DNA of 64,000 nt from Verrucomicrobiota bacterium (GTDB lineage Bacteria > Verrucomicrobiota > Verrucomicrobiia > Limisphaerales > J093): assembly GCA_016716505.1 (NCBI GenBank), contig JADJWF010000003.1, positions 400,674 through 464,673 of the forward strand, in the 5' to 3' direction. The position numbers and the translations under genes are program-made. Below are positions 18,750-29,800 of this stretch, piece by piece. Within the stretch, counting starts at the first letter, position 1; the number at the start of each line of letters is the position of its first letter. The notes beneath the pieces were generated by a model, which was not told the origin of the DNA, did no database searches, and worked only from the letters and a program-made list of their open reading frames with translations.

Positions 18750-19952
18750 TTAGCGCTGGCGGCGGTCCCAGCCCTGATCGCGGATCAACTGCTCAATTTC
18801 GACCAAGGGCGCGAACGAATCGGGCACCCGCTTGAACTTCGCCAGATAGCGGAACGCATCCCGGATTTGGCGGGCCTCGTCGCGTTTGCCGGCCAGTTGT
18901 GGAGCAGGAAGGGATTTCAATGATTTCAGGTACGTTTCCGCCAGCCCGGTCGCCCGCTGGAGGGCGGCAGCGTCCTCGGCATACACGAGTGACTCGAACC
19001 AGCGCAACATTTCAGGCAGGGGGTTGGCGGGATCCCGCAGGGCGGCAGCATCCGCGCGGATTGCGGCGGCGATCTCGGCACGTTTCGCCATCGTGGCTTC
19101 CGTCGTCAGCCGCCCATCCGTGCCGCCCTCCGACGGACGCGGTGGCAGCGGGCGATACCAGATGTTTCGGAAGCGCGTCGGGTTGCCGTGATCCTGGAGG
19201 GCCAGCGGTCCTTTCTCCGGAAACGGTCGCGGCCGGGTGCGCCCCATGTGGCCGGTGGGCCCTTCAATGGGAGTGTGATCCTGCACCAGCACGCCGTTGA
19301 GAAAGACGGTGACGTAACCGGGGTCCACCACTTGATTGTCGCGGTAAATCGGCCGGCGAAAGACGATGTCGTACACTTGGAATTCGCCGGGCGGACGCAC
19401 GGGCAGGACCAGCGGCGGGTTCACGCCATAGTACGACCCCACGTGGCCATCCGCGTACGTGACGTTGTCGTAGGAATCCAACACCTGGATTTCCAGGCGC
19501 CCCATCAGGAAGACGCCGCTGTTGCCGCGCCCCTGGCCGTCCCCTTCCACCTTCGCCGGGGTGGCAAATTCCAGGTGCAACTGGCAATCGCCGAAACCCT
19601 CGCGCGTCTGGATTTGGCCGCTGCCCGGCAGCACCTCCATATACCCATCCTTCACCACCCACTTGGGCGGCTGCCCCTTGTCGTCCTGCCACTGGGAGAG
19701 ATCCGAGCCATCGAAGAGAATGATCGCGTCGGAAGGCGGTTTGCCGGCCTGGTTCGGCGAGCTGAACGTGCCGGGCACCACGCGCGGCGGCTGCGGACGG
19801 TTGCCGTCATGCACCGCCCACGGATGGTGATCGTCGGGCGGATCGCCGTAAAAGCGCGGGCCGGTCGAGGCGCCCAAGGAGGATCCAGACAGGGCTACCG
19901 CCACGATGCCTGCAAGGAGGGAGATTTTCGGATGTTGCATGGGCGGCAGCAT
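18750..19952 (-). CDS. DUF1080 (3-keto-disaccharide hydrolase-like) protein with C-terminal helical extension
   Basis: Signal peptide, then [15 protein letters not shown]...[10 protein letters not shown]...[12 protein letters not shown]...[19 protein letters not shown]...[21 protein letters not shown]. The true start may be the second Met at 19940. Confidence 0.85.
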   Translation of the reverse strand: MLPPMQHPKISLLAGIVAVALSGSSLGASTGPRFYGDPPDDHHPWAVHDGNRPQPPRVVPGTFSSPNQAGKPPSDAIILFDGSDLSQWQDDKGQPPKWVVKDGYMEVLPGSGQIQTREGFGDCQLHLEFATPAKVEGDGQGRGNSGVFLMGRLEIQVLDSYDNVTYADGHVGSYYGVNPPLVLPVRPPGEFQVYDIVFRRPIYRDNQVVDPGYVTVFLNGVLVQDHTPIEGPTGHMGRTRPRPFPEKGPLALQDHGNPTRFRNIWYRPLPPRPSEGGTDGRLTTEATMAKRAEIAAAIRADAAALRDPANPLPEMLRWFESLVYAEDAAALQRATGLAETYLKSLKSLPAPQLAGKRDEARQIRDAFRYLAKFKRVPDSFAPLVEIEQLIRDQGWDRRQR

Positions 19953-20035
19953 GGGGCCGGGCCGTTACCGGCGTCAATCGCGGCTCCCGCCAGCGGCAAC
20001 CCGCTCTTTCAACGACGTGCTGGATTGGGCGGGCG

Positions 20036-21455
20036 TCAGGAAGGGATCGCTTCCACCACGGCTTCCCGCCCGCTGTGTGCAACGATCCTTACCCGCGCGC
20101 CCTTTTCGATGAGTTCGCCCTGCGTCATCACGTCGAGTACTTCGTCGCCGAATTGCGCTTTGCCCCCCGGGCGAAGCACGGACAGCGCGACGCCCTCGCG
20201 CCCCACCTGCGCTGAGTGTGCCTTTTCCTGCGCCGCCGGCGATTCACCGCCACTGACCGACTGCGTCACGAGCGTGGCGTAAATCGGCGTTTTGGGCAGC
20301 AGCCGCGCGAGGATGGCCAGGACGATCACCGTGCCAATCACCGCGTAGCCCAGATCGCGTAACGGCACCTTCAACTGCGGCGCGGACGGCAGCGCAGGCA
20401 TCCCGGGGTACATGTCCACCATCGCCATCACGATCGTGAACAGCATCAACATCGCGCCCGCCAAACCCAGCACCACGGTGCCGGGGAAGATGAACAATTC
20501 CGCGATCACCAGGAGCAATCCGAGGATGAACAACGCCGGCCACTCCATCCCCGACAACCCCCGCCACGTAGCTGCCCAGGAAATACAAGGCAAAGGAACA
20601 GATGCCGACGATGCCCGGAAGACCGAAACCGGGCGTCTTGAATTCGATGTAGATGCCAGCCACGCCGATGATGAGCCAGAGCCAGTTGAGGGCATTGATC
20701 CAGGTGGCCATCCGTTCCGCGCCGGTAGGCACGATCCGCCGTACCTCGGCACCGGCGAACCCCACCCGTTCGAGCAGCGCCTCGATGGACTCCACCGTTC
20801 CCGCGGACAAGAGGGGCTTCGGCGGGTCTCCGTACTTTCGCTCCGCCTCACGGTTGTTCAGCGTGAGCACATTTCCCTTTTCGTTGATGGTGACGCCGTC
20901 AATCACCAGTTCAGACTTTTTGTCAATCATCGCCTGGACCACCGCCGGATTGTGGCCGTTCTTCTCCGCGTAGGCCCGAATCTTGGCGCTGATGGCCGAG
21001 GTGGCCTTCACTTCCATGGTGTCGGGCATCTGCTCCACGCCGGTTCCGCCGGGCGACATCAGAATGGGCGCCGCGGCGCCGATGACCGATTCCGGCGCCA
21101 TGAAAATCTGCTGCGTCGCAACGGAGATGAACGCCCCGGCCGAATACGCCTCCTTGTTCACGTACGTGATGGTCCGCCCTTTGAACTGCGCCAGGATCTC
21201 GATGATTTGCTCGGTGGAGTCCACGCGACCGCCCTTGGTCTCCATGTCGAGGATGAGCAGGTCGGATTTCGCCTCCATGGCCTCCTTGACTCCGCGGCGC
21301 ACCAGATAGACCAGCGGCGGCATGATGTCCTCGCGGATGGGGAGAATCGTGACCCGCTGGGGCGAAGGTGGATTGGTGGCGACCTCCTGCGCCGGCAGCG
21401 GGGCCGCGAAGGCCAAGGCGGCCAGACCGGCCAGCCACATGGAGACTTTCCTCAT
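20036..21455 (-). pseudogene. NfeD-family membrane-bound ClpP-class serine protease, frameshifted
   Basis: Protease and early TM part are in ORF 20244..21515, start MRKVSMWLAGLAALAFA at 21455 (LILDMETKGGRVDS, AYSAGAFISVA). The remaining TM helices and the C-terminal OB/NfeD domain (GREGVALSVLRPGGKAQFGDEVLDVMTQGELIEKGARVRIV) are in ORF 20036..20851. The frames join at a C5 run at 20558-20562. Deleting one base gives ...GSYVAGLSGMEWPALFILG... Confidence 0.8.
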
Positions 21456-21504
21456 GGCGACAGCGTAACGCAGTCCACCGTGGGCGGCAAGGCGGGCTGG
21501 AGAG

Positions 21505-21717
21505 TCAGCGCCCACGGGGATCGCTCACCACATTGCAGATCAGCATGATCAACAGCGAGCCGATCAGGCCCGCGGCGAACCCGAACGGTAGAAACATTCC
21601 CCACGCGAGCGTGATCAGCACGGAGATACCCGCCCAGAGCGCGCCGCTCCGATCGCTCATCTCGGCCGCCTGGTACACGATTCCTGCCACCAGCACCGTT
21701 AGCATGATTCCCAACAT
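21505..21717 (-). CDS. small two-TM membrane protein (70 aa), hypothetical
   Basis: MLGIMLTVLVAGIVYQAAEMSDRSGALWAGISVLITLAWGMFLPFGFAAGLIGSLLIMLICNVV has two clear hydrophobic helices. It lies 50 nt upstream of NfeD on the same strand. No family recognised. Confidence 0.45.
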   Translation of the reverse strand: MLGIMLTVLVAGIVYQAAEMSDRSGALWAGISVLITLAWGMFLPFGFAAGLIGSLLIMLICNVVSDPRGR

Positions 21718-21944
21718 CTCGATCTCCTTTCTCCCAACACCCGCTTGCCTCTCCCGAATCCGTGGTCAGAATTCCCCGACGAGCATCGCTAGCAATTACA
21801 AACCCTCCCCGCGATTTTCCTCGGTGCGGGCCTTGGCCGCGACCCGGCGCACCTGAACCAGGTACCGGAGCCTGTGCGCCGACATGTCCCTTGATTTTCC
21901 AGCGGCAGGGCGGAAGCTATTAATGATCGAGCTTGGTTGAGAAA

Positions 21945-21960
21945 GACTGCGTCAGCAGTC
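21945..21960. promoter_or_regulatory. perfect 16-bp palindrome GACTGC-GTCA-GCAGTC, 20 nt upstream of the beta-propeller gene ATG
   Basis: Read directly in the AT-richer 262-bp divergent intergenic region 21718-21979. It could be an operator or a 5-prime UTR hairpin (6-bp stem, 4-nt loop). Confidence 0.25.
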
Positions 21961-21979
21961 CAGAAAACACATTGGAACC

Positions 21980-24900
21980 ATGAAAGCCCTGAAATCGAAT
22001 TGTGCGTTGCTTGCAACCCTGACTGCCCTGCTGATGGCAGCGGCCCCGGCCCGATCGGCCGAACGCTGGGAGCGAACGCCGCATGGCGTCCCGGACTGGG
22101 TCCTGTCGTCGCTGGCCGTCAGCTTCCAGTCCAACGAGGACGCCCTTGTCGTCAACTATTCGGTGACCTTGCCCGATCCGTGTCATCGGCTGCTATTTGG
22201 GCAGCCTGAGCGCGACGGACGGCAAGTCACGGTGTCGTGCTGGCTGGAGACGCAGTTGGGAATGGCCTGCCCGCAGGTCCTGTCCACCCGGGCCGGGCAG
22301 CTCGACCTTGGACTTTTGGAACCCGGCGACGGCGAGTTGATCATTCGTGCCGACGGCGGCCGGACGGCGAAGTTCCCCTTCTCGGTCCCGGCGCGCCTCG
22401 ATGAAGCCGCGTCCGATGGTCGTCCCGTCATTTCCGCCGTGACCGTAGAGCAACGCGACGTGGTGGTGACCGTCCAAGTCCCCGCCGGCGTCCGGAAGGT
22501 CACGCTGGAAGGCCGCTCCCGCTTGGGTGCCGGCGCGTGGGTGCCTCGCGCGGTGGAGCGTCTCGCGGGTGAGGGCGGCACGCTGACCTTTCGTATCGAG
22601 AAGTCCGAAGCGGTGGAGGTCTTGCGCGTGCGCGGGGACGCCGCCGAAGTCCTGCCGCCCCGTTTCTACGCAGGCCAGTCCGAATTCAACGGTCAAGCCA
22701 CGGAAGGCACGGCGGCAAATTCCCCGGCGGACAGTTGGCGCAATCTGGACGCCGGAGCGCCTCCCGAGGCCGGAGGCGGAGGCGGGAGCCGCGCGGTGGT
22801 CGAATCGGATATTTGGATCGTTCGCGGGGACCGGCTCTTCTTCTTCAACCAGTACCGCGGCCTGCAGGTGGTGGACGTGGCGAATCCCGACCAGCCCGCG
22901 ATCCGTGGCACCCTGAGAATCCCCGCTGCCGGCGAGCAGATGTACCTGCTGGGCGACCGGCACGCGATCCTGCTGGCGCGAAACGGCTGCGATTGGAGTG
23001 CGGACGGAGGCAGTCAGGCGCTGATCGTGGACGTGGCATCGGGCACGCCCACCGTGGTGAAGTCGCTGCCCGTGCCCGGCTACATCCAGGAGAGCCGCCT
23101 CGTGGGTACGGCCCTTTACGTCGCTTCGCAGACGTATCGGGTGGTCACCCTGCCGCCCGCGCGGCCCGGCGACCCCCCCACCCAACAATGGGAATACGGA
23201 ACGACCGTCACCTCGTTCGACCTCAGTGATCCGACCGCGCCCGTCGTCCGGGACACCCTCTGGTTCGCGGGCTATGGGAACGTCGTCGCGGCGACGGATC
23301 GCTTCCTGTTTGTCGGCCTGCAGGTGCCGGCCGATTGGTGGCAAAGCGAGGTTCGGCTGATTGACATCCGGTCGCCCGACGGCCAGATGAAAAGCGCCGG
23401 CACCGTCAAGCCCGCCGGTCGTGTGGCGGACAAGTTCAAACTGAACCTCGACGGCGAGGTCTTCACCGTCATTTCCCACGTCTGGCGCTGGGAGAATCGG
23501 AACGAGACCGTGAGCGTGCTCGAAACTTTCTCGCTCGCGGACCCCGCCGCGCCCCGGAAGCTCGGGGAAATTCGCGTCGGCAAGGGCGAGGCGCTGTTCG
23601 CCACGCGGTTTGATGGCGACCGGGCCTACATCGTGACGTTCGAGCGGATTGACCCGTTGTGGATTGTGGACCTCCGCGACCCGGCCCATCCCACGCTGCA
23701 CGGCGAGTTGGAGATCCCCGGCTGGTCCACCTACATCCAGCCCTTGGGTGACCGGCTGGTGACCGTGGGCGTCGGCGGAATGAACAACTGGCAGGTCGAG
23801 GTGTCGCTCTTCGACGTGGCGGATCCGGCCCGCCCGGCGCTCCTGTCCAAGGTCCCGCTGGGCGAGAACTACTCCTGGAGCGAGGCCAACTACGACGAAA
23901 AGGCGTTCACCGTGCTACCCGACGCCGGCCTGATTCTCGTTCCTTACCAAGGCTACTCGGAAAAGGGCTACGCTTCGCGCGTGCAGTTGATTGACCTCGA
24001 GGCGAACGCGCTCCGCGCCCGCGGCGTGATCGAGCATGCCATGCAGGCCCGGCGCGCCACCCTGCACGGCGAGCGGATCCTTTCGTTGTCGGGCCGGGAG
24101 CTGTTGACCGTGAACGCCACCGACCGCGACCGGCCGCAAGTGACCAGCGATCTCGGACTGGCCTGGCCGGTGGACCAGGTGTTTGTGATCGGAGACCAGC
24201 TCGTTGAAGTCGAGCGCGGTACTGCGTGGTGGCCGAACGCAACCCCGGCACTGCGCGTGGTCAGCGCCCGCGACCCCGACCGGCTGCTCAGCGCGCTACC
24301 CCTGCCCCGCTCCCTGCCGGTCGCGGCCTGCGAGCGGATTGGTGACTATCTGTACGTGGCGCAATTCGATTCGGCTTCGACGCCGATCGAACCCGGGAAA
24401 GAGGGTGAACCGCCCGCTCCGCTGCCGCCGAATCTCTTCCTCACTGTCGTCGAGTTGACCGCACTGCCGCAGTTGGCGATCGCCGGGACGGCCGAGGCAC
24501 GGGTCGAAGGGATCGGCTGGATTAACAGCCTGAAAGGCTTCGCGCCCCGTGCGGGTCTCTTGGTCCTGGCCGGCGGCAGTTCGGGCTGGTGGCGGGGCGG
24601 CTGGGGCTGGACTTCGCGCCCGGCGGGCGCTGGATTCCTTGGTGGTGGGGCGGTTCGGGCGGCGGTCAGTTCTTCGCCTTCGACATCAGCGACCCGCGCC
24701 AGCCGCGCTTCGCGTCCTTCACGCAGGTGGCCACCGACGGCAATCTTTGGGGTTTCAGTCCCACGTTCCTGGCAAACGGCTTGTTCTACCTCAGCCACCA
24801 GAGGTCGGAGTTCATTCCGGACTCGCGCACTGCCACGAATTCTTCGCCCGATTTCACCCGCGGTCGCTGGCTGACCCGTCACTTCCTGACGGTGGTGGAC

Positions 24901-25473
24901 TTCGCGGATCCTGCCAATCCCACCGTGCGCAAGCCGGTCAACCTGCCCGGCCAGCTTGTGGCCGTGACTCACGGCGGCGAGGTGCTTTATACCACGGGCT
25001 ACCACTGGGACGAACAAGGGCAGACCGACTGGGTGCAGTTCCTGGACGCGCTCGCCTATGATGGCGTGGAGGCATCCTTGGTCACGTCCCAAAGACTCGG
25101 CGACGGCTGGACGGGGCAGATTGTGACGGTCGCCGACCAGCTCATTCTCGGTCGCTACGATGCGGCGAAACAATCCTCCCGCCTTGAAACCTGGGGGCTG
25201 ACCCCGCAGGGCGCGCTTCTTCAGTTCGGTCTGGCGGAGTCTCCCGGCTATCTGAGCCAACTGGCACGGGTGGATGAACTGCTCCTGGTCAATGGCGGCC
25301 AGACGGTAACCGTCTGGGATGCGACCAACCCCGCGACGCTCAAACGGGTGGGCCAGACCGCCAGCGACGGCTGCGTGTATCTGACGCTGGACAGCGGAGT
25401 GGCCCGCCAAGGCGCGACGCTGTGGTTGCCGTTGGGCGACTACGGCGTTCTGGATTTGCCACTCACGCCGTAA
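21980..25473 (+). pseudogene. secreted beta-propeller-domain protein (~1160 aa if repaired), frameshifted
   Basis: ORF 21980..24874 carries a signal peptide and repeated blades marked by [VL]x[VL][VIF]D[VIL]xxPxxPxxxG motifs: LQVVDVANPDQPAIRG, VTSFDLSDPTAPVV, LWIVDLRDPAHPTLHG, VSLFDVADPARPAL. Its last ~95 aa are Arg/Ser/Ala-rich nonsense. The same blade motif continues in ORF 24589..25473 (FFAFDISDPRQPRF, LTVVDFADPANPTV, VTVWDATNPATL). The switch falls within 24590-24606, which contains two G4 runs. Confidence 0.78.
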
Positions 25474-25599
25474 GTGTAGCCCTTCTTGATGCCTTGACCG
25501 ACCGGAGGGGCGGCGCTTCAGCCGGGCCCGTCCAAGAGACGAGCGGGCTGAACGGGCTTGCTGCCCGATTCTTTCCGCGGCGGCCGCCGGCAGCCACTC

Positions 25600-26796
25600 C
25601 TACCGGGTCCAGCAATGCACGGTCACGGGCGTGTTGACCGGGACGGTGACGGGCACCTCGGCTACGGCGGGGTTCTGCGCGGCGTTGTTGATCTCCGCGT
25701 CGAACTGCACCGGGTCGCCCGAGTCGGGCGTCAGGACCACGCGGATGGGCACCACGCGGTTCCAGTCCCGCGCCTGCACGCGGACGACCTGGTTCGGATC
25801 GGCGCCGAAGGGGAGCTGGAAGGTCACCGGCGCGCTGCCCACGGGGATCGCCTGCCCCGCCACCTGGACCACATCGAGCCGCGGTTCGTTGGGCGGGAAG
25901 ATGAACAGGTTGGCGCCCATCGACAGCGAGGAGAGCGGTTGGAAAACGAGTTGCAGTTCCCGCCGGTCAATCGTGTCCACCCGGATGCGGCCGTCGCCGG
26001 CCCAATTGTTAGGGGTGTTCACCGCCACCGTTCCGTTGCCCGCCACCACCGGGGCGACCAGCCGGACGGCGCCACCGCTGCCGCCGTTTCCTGATAATCC
26101 GCCCGGATTTCCCCCCTGTGCCCGCACGGTACCCGTCAATTCGAGACGCGTGTTGGAAGAGATCAGGACCGCACCGCCACCGCCGCCGCCGCCCTGCCCC
26201 GGCGCCCCCGCGCGACCGCCGCCGCCGGAGCCGCCCACCAGCGGGATCAGCAGCTTACTGCCATAGACCGCACCCTTGTTGGTGTTGCCCCAAACCTGAT
26301 TCACCGTCGCGTACGATCCGCTGCCGGCCCCGTTCGGATGATGGGAATCGCCCGCTCCGCCCCGGCCCCCGCCCGGGCCGTAGCCCGCACCGGGAGGCGT
26401 CTCGGCAAAGCCCGGCTTGCCACCGTCGAACCCTCCCGGCCCGCCCGCCCCGCCGGTGGGGATGTTGATGGGCGCGCCCTGGCCGGAGACATCAATCATG
26501 CCGGCGATGACGACGTCGCCCTGACTCAGGAGGTACACGGGCGTGTTGTGCTCGTTGCGGGTGAACCGCAGCGTGCTGCCGGCGTTCACCCGGAGGCTCC
26601 GGTAGTGCAGGATGCCGTCCGGCGGGAGCGCGACGGTGGTGTCGCTGTCAATGACGACATCCCCGAGCGCGCCGGTGCTGCCGTTGTTGAAGTTCTGCGC
26701 GGCCAGCGGCGACGCGAGGAGAGTGCCCGCCAGCAGGGCCAGCCAGGGGGTCGGCCTGCCGAGGGAGGTGAGGGTAGCAATGCGTGTGGTTTTCAT
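25600..26796 (-). CDS. secreted glycine-rich, probably beta-helical protein (hypothetical)
   Basis: Start at MKTTRIATLTSLGRPTPWLALLAGTLLASPLAAQ (signal peptide). Repeated GGxGG/GGSGG stretches (GGAGGPGGFDGGKPG, GGSGGGGRAGAPGQGGGGGGGAVLIS, GNGGSGGAVRLVAP) are interleaved with short beta-strand-like segments. The C-terminus looks like an Ig-like sandwich. No named family recognised. Confidence 0.7.
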   Translation of the reverse strand: MKTTRIATLTSLGRPTPWLALLAGTLLASPLAAQNFNNGSTGALGDVVIDSDTTVALPPDGILHYRSLRVNAGSTLRFTRNEHNTPVYLLSQGDVVIAGMIDVSGQGAPINIPTGGAGGPGGFDGGKPGFAETPPGAGYGPGGGRGGAGDSHHPNGAGSGSYATVNQVWGNTNKGAVYGSKLLIPLVGGSGGGGRAGAPGQGGGGGGGAVLISSNTRLELTGTVRAQGGNPGGLSGNGGSGGAVRLVAPVVAGNGTVAVNTPNNWAGDGRIRVDTIDRRELQLVFQPLSSLSMGANLFIFPPNEPRLDVVQVAGQAIPVGSAPVTFQLPFGADPNQVVRVQARDWNRVVPIRVVLTPDSGDPVQFDAEINNAAQNPAVAEVPVTVPVNTPVTVHCWTR

Positions 26797-26845
26797 GATG
26801 GATTGATTTTCAGGCGTTGGGTTCAACGGAGTTGCTGTCGGGGGG

Positions 26846-29800
26846 TTAACGGTCAAGGCGCAGCGTGACGACCGGGCGCGCCAGGGTGGTGCCCGGTTCG
26901 GCGTCGTCGGCCGGGGAGGTGCGCGGAAGCATGAGTTGCACGGCTGGCCGGGCCACGCTCAGGCCCAGCTCGCCGGCCTCCAGGTGCGGCGCCACCGGCA
27001 GGGTCAGGAAGGTCACCGGCCGGGCGACGGTCAACCCCGCCTCCTCCGGCGCCAGTTGCGGCGCCACCGGCAACACCAGCGAGAGCTGCGGCCGCGCGAG
27101 GACCAGACCGAGGTTCGCCGGATCAAGCTGGGGCGCCTGCGGCAGGATCAACTGGGTGGCCGGCCGGGCGTAGCCGGGCAGGCTCGGGACGGACTGCGGA
27201 TCCCGCCCATCGCTGCCGGCAGTGACTTCGGCCTCGTCCAGCCAGCCGTCGCCGTCGGTGTCCGGGTGTCGCGGATTGAGGCCGTGGTGAAACTCCGCAA
27301 GGTTGGGCAGGGCGTCGTTGTCCAGGTCCTCCTGGCCGTCGTTGATGCCGTTACCGTCGGTATCCCGCCGCCGCGGGTCGAGCCGGGCGAGGATTTCGAA
27401 CGCGCTACCCAGGCCGTCGCCATCCGGGTCCTCGAGGCCGTCCGGTACGCCATTGCCGTTGGTGTCCGGTCGGGTGGGGTCGGTGCCCAGCAGGCGTTCC
27501 ACGTCGTCCGGCAGGCCGTCGCCGTCGGTGTCCAGCGCTCCGTCATAGACGATCAGGTCCAGGGTGAAGGTCGCGGCGATGGGATTGCCGGCCAGGTCGG
27601 CCAGGGGCGGTGCCAAGCGCAGGCGGTAACGGCCTGGCGGCAGAGGCCGGGCGGTGGTGACCGCGAGGCTGGAAATCTGCTCGCGCAGGTCGAGGCCCAG
27701 GTCACCCAGCGCCACATCATCGGCCGTGCCGAGAACTCCGTCTATCCCGGCGGCGAGCAGTTGCACGGAGGCTTCCGTGAGGGAGGTCGGGGACACGGCC
27801 TCGCTGAAAAAGACCAGCACCGATGACAGCTCTGGCAGCAAGGCGTTCGCATCGGGAACCACCCGCACGACTCGCGGTGCCGTCGCATCGGCCACGAGTT
27901 CGAGCGCGAGCTCCTCGCTCCAGGTTTCGTTGCCGGCGGTGTCGGTGGCCCTGGCACGCACCCGAATGGCGTTGCGGCCCAGTTCCCGCGGGGGCGCCGT
28001 GAATACGACCTCAAACGGGAAGTTGCCGTCGGCCGCGAGACGGACGCCATCCACGTAGAACTCGACCCGCCGCACCTGCACGTCGTCGCTGACGGATGCC
28101 TGTAACCGCAGCGGCTGGCCGGCCTCGGCACGACCTTCGGCGCGGTCGGTACGAAGCGTGACGACCGGTGGGATGGTCCCGGTATCGGCAGGCAGGTAGT
28201 TGACGATCTGGAGACCCGCCCGGCCGTCCGCCACGTAGGCGAAGCTGTGGTAGAGCCCCGCCGCGCGGGCCACGCCCGGAGTGGCGTACGGGTCGCCCGC
28301 GGCGTTGTTGATCGCCGGGTTGCGGAGGTCGAAGACCTGCACGTTGTGGCCGCCGGGCAGCACGGGCGGATTGGGCGTGCCGCCCACCACGGCCAGCCCA
28401 GAGCCGGAACCGTTGGACAGGATCTGCTTGAACGCCGCCGGGCCGTAGGACTGCACGCCGGACAACTTCACCGGCCGCGTCGGATCGCTGATGTCGAAGC
28501 GGCCGAAACCGTCCATGTCGGTGACCAAGGCGACGCCATCCCCCACCGACACCCGCCGCCGGCCGGTCACAAAGTCCGCCGAGCCCAGCCCTAGCGGTGC
28601 CCGGCCGAGCGGCACGATCGTCCCGGCCTCCTGGCGGAAGGTCAGCAGCTCGCCCGCGGTCACGGCCACCACCACGCCATTTTCGCCGGCGAGATCTGAG
28701 GCCACCCCCGCCACCGGAAGAGCGTTGAGGATCACCCCCGTGGCCAGGTCCATCAGGTACAAATACGCGCTGTCCATGGCCAGCCAGCCAAAACCCGCCT
28801 CGACGAACGCCGCCGTGACGGCCGCCGTCGGTCCGGGCGCGCGCCGCACCGTGGCGACCGGGTCCCGCGGATCGAACACCAGCACGCCCGGGAAGCCGCC
28901 CCCGGCGACGCCGAAGTTCTGGTCCAGCGCCACGACGCGGACCTCGCCCGGCGCCGGGAGCCGTGCCGCGAGCACGCCCAGGCGGCCCGAGCCGACTTCC
29001 ACCACGCCCACGCCGCCTTCCTTGAGGGCCACCAGCACCCGGTCATTGAACGCGGCCACGTCCACCGCCTCACCGGGCAGCGGTAACGAACCGATCACGC
29101 CGAGCGCGGCGGGCCGGCCGTCCAGCGGGTCCAGGCCCTGCTCGACCTCGGCGCCGTCCAGAATCCCGTCGCCGTCGGTGTCGCGTTTGGCGGCATCCGT
29201 GCCGTGAACCAGTTCCGCGAGGTCGGGCAGGCCGTCATGGTCCGAATCGAGCGGTGCAACCTCGGCCAGGTCGCCGAAGGTCATGCCGTAGATGACGAAA
29301 TCACCGCGGATGAGGGTGTTGCCGCCGAAGCCGCCGGTCCGTTCGAAGCCGAGGGCCCTGCCCAGGCGTCCCGTGACCGGGTCGTGGGAATACACTTCCA
29401 GTCGCCAGTTGCGGTAGGTGACCACCGGGTTGCACGGCGAGCAGCGCGGCTCCGGCGCAGGCGGGAACAACTGGAACTGGCCGAACGGCTCCATGATGCC
29501 CCGCGTGGTGCGGACGACTTCGGTCACGTTGGTTTGGAAGGATACGCGCCCCTGATCATTGATCGCGGTCACCTCGACGCGTTCGTAACGCTGGAAGGCG
29601 ACGAACGGCAGGCGCCGCTCGGGCGCGGCATAGGTATAGGCGGCCTCGGTATTGAGATTGGCCTCCGTGATGACCCGGGCCCAAAAAGCCCGGGGGTCCG
29701 GCCCCACAATCGCCCGCAACTGTTCCCAAAGATTCCGGTACTCGGCCGCCTGAAGCGGAGTGGCGGACCCCTGCGCGCGAACCTCCAGCAACAGAGCCGC

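Noticed and set aside
20540-20580. Programmed ribosomal frameshifting as an explanation for the NfeD, Uma2 and beta-propeller frame breaks.
   Set aside because: There is no slippery heptamer plus downstream structure. The break points are plain 3-5-nt homopolymers, and these families are not known to use recoding. Indel error or mutation is the simpler explanation.
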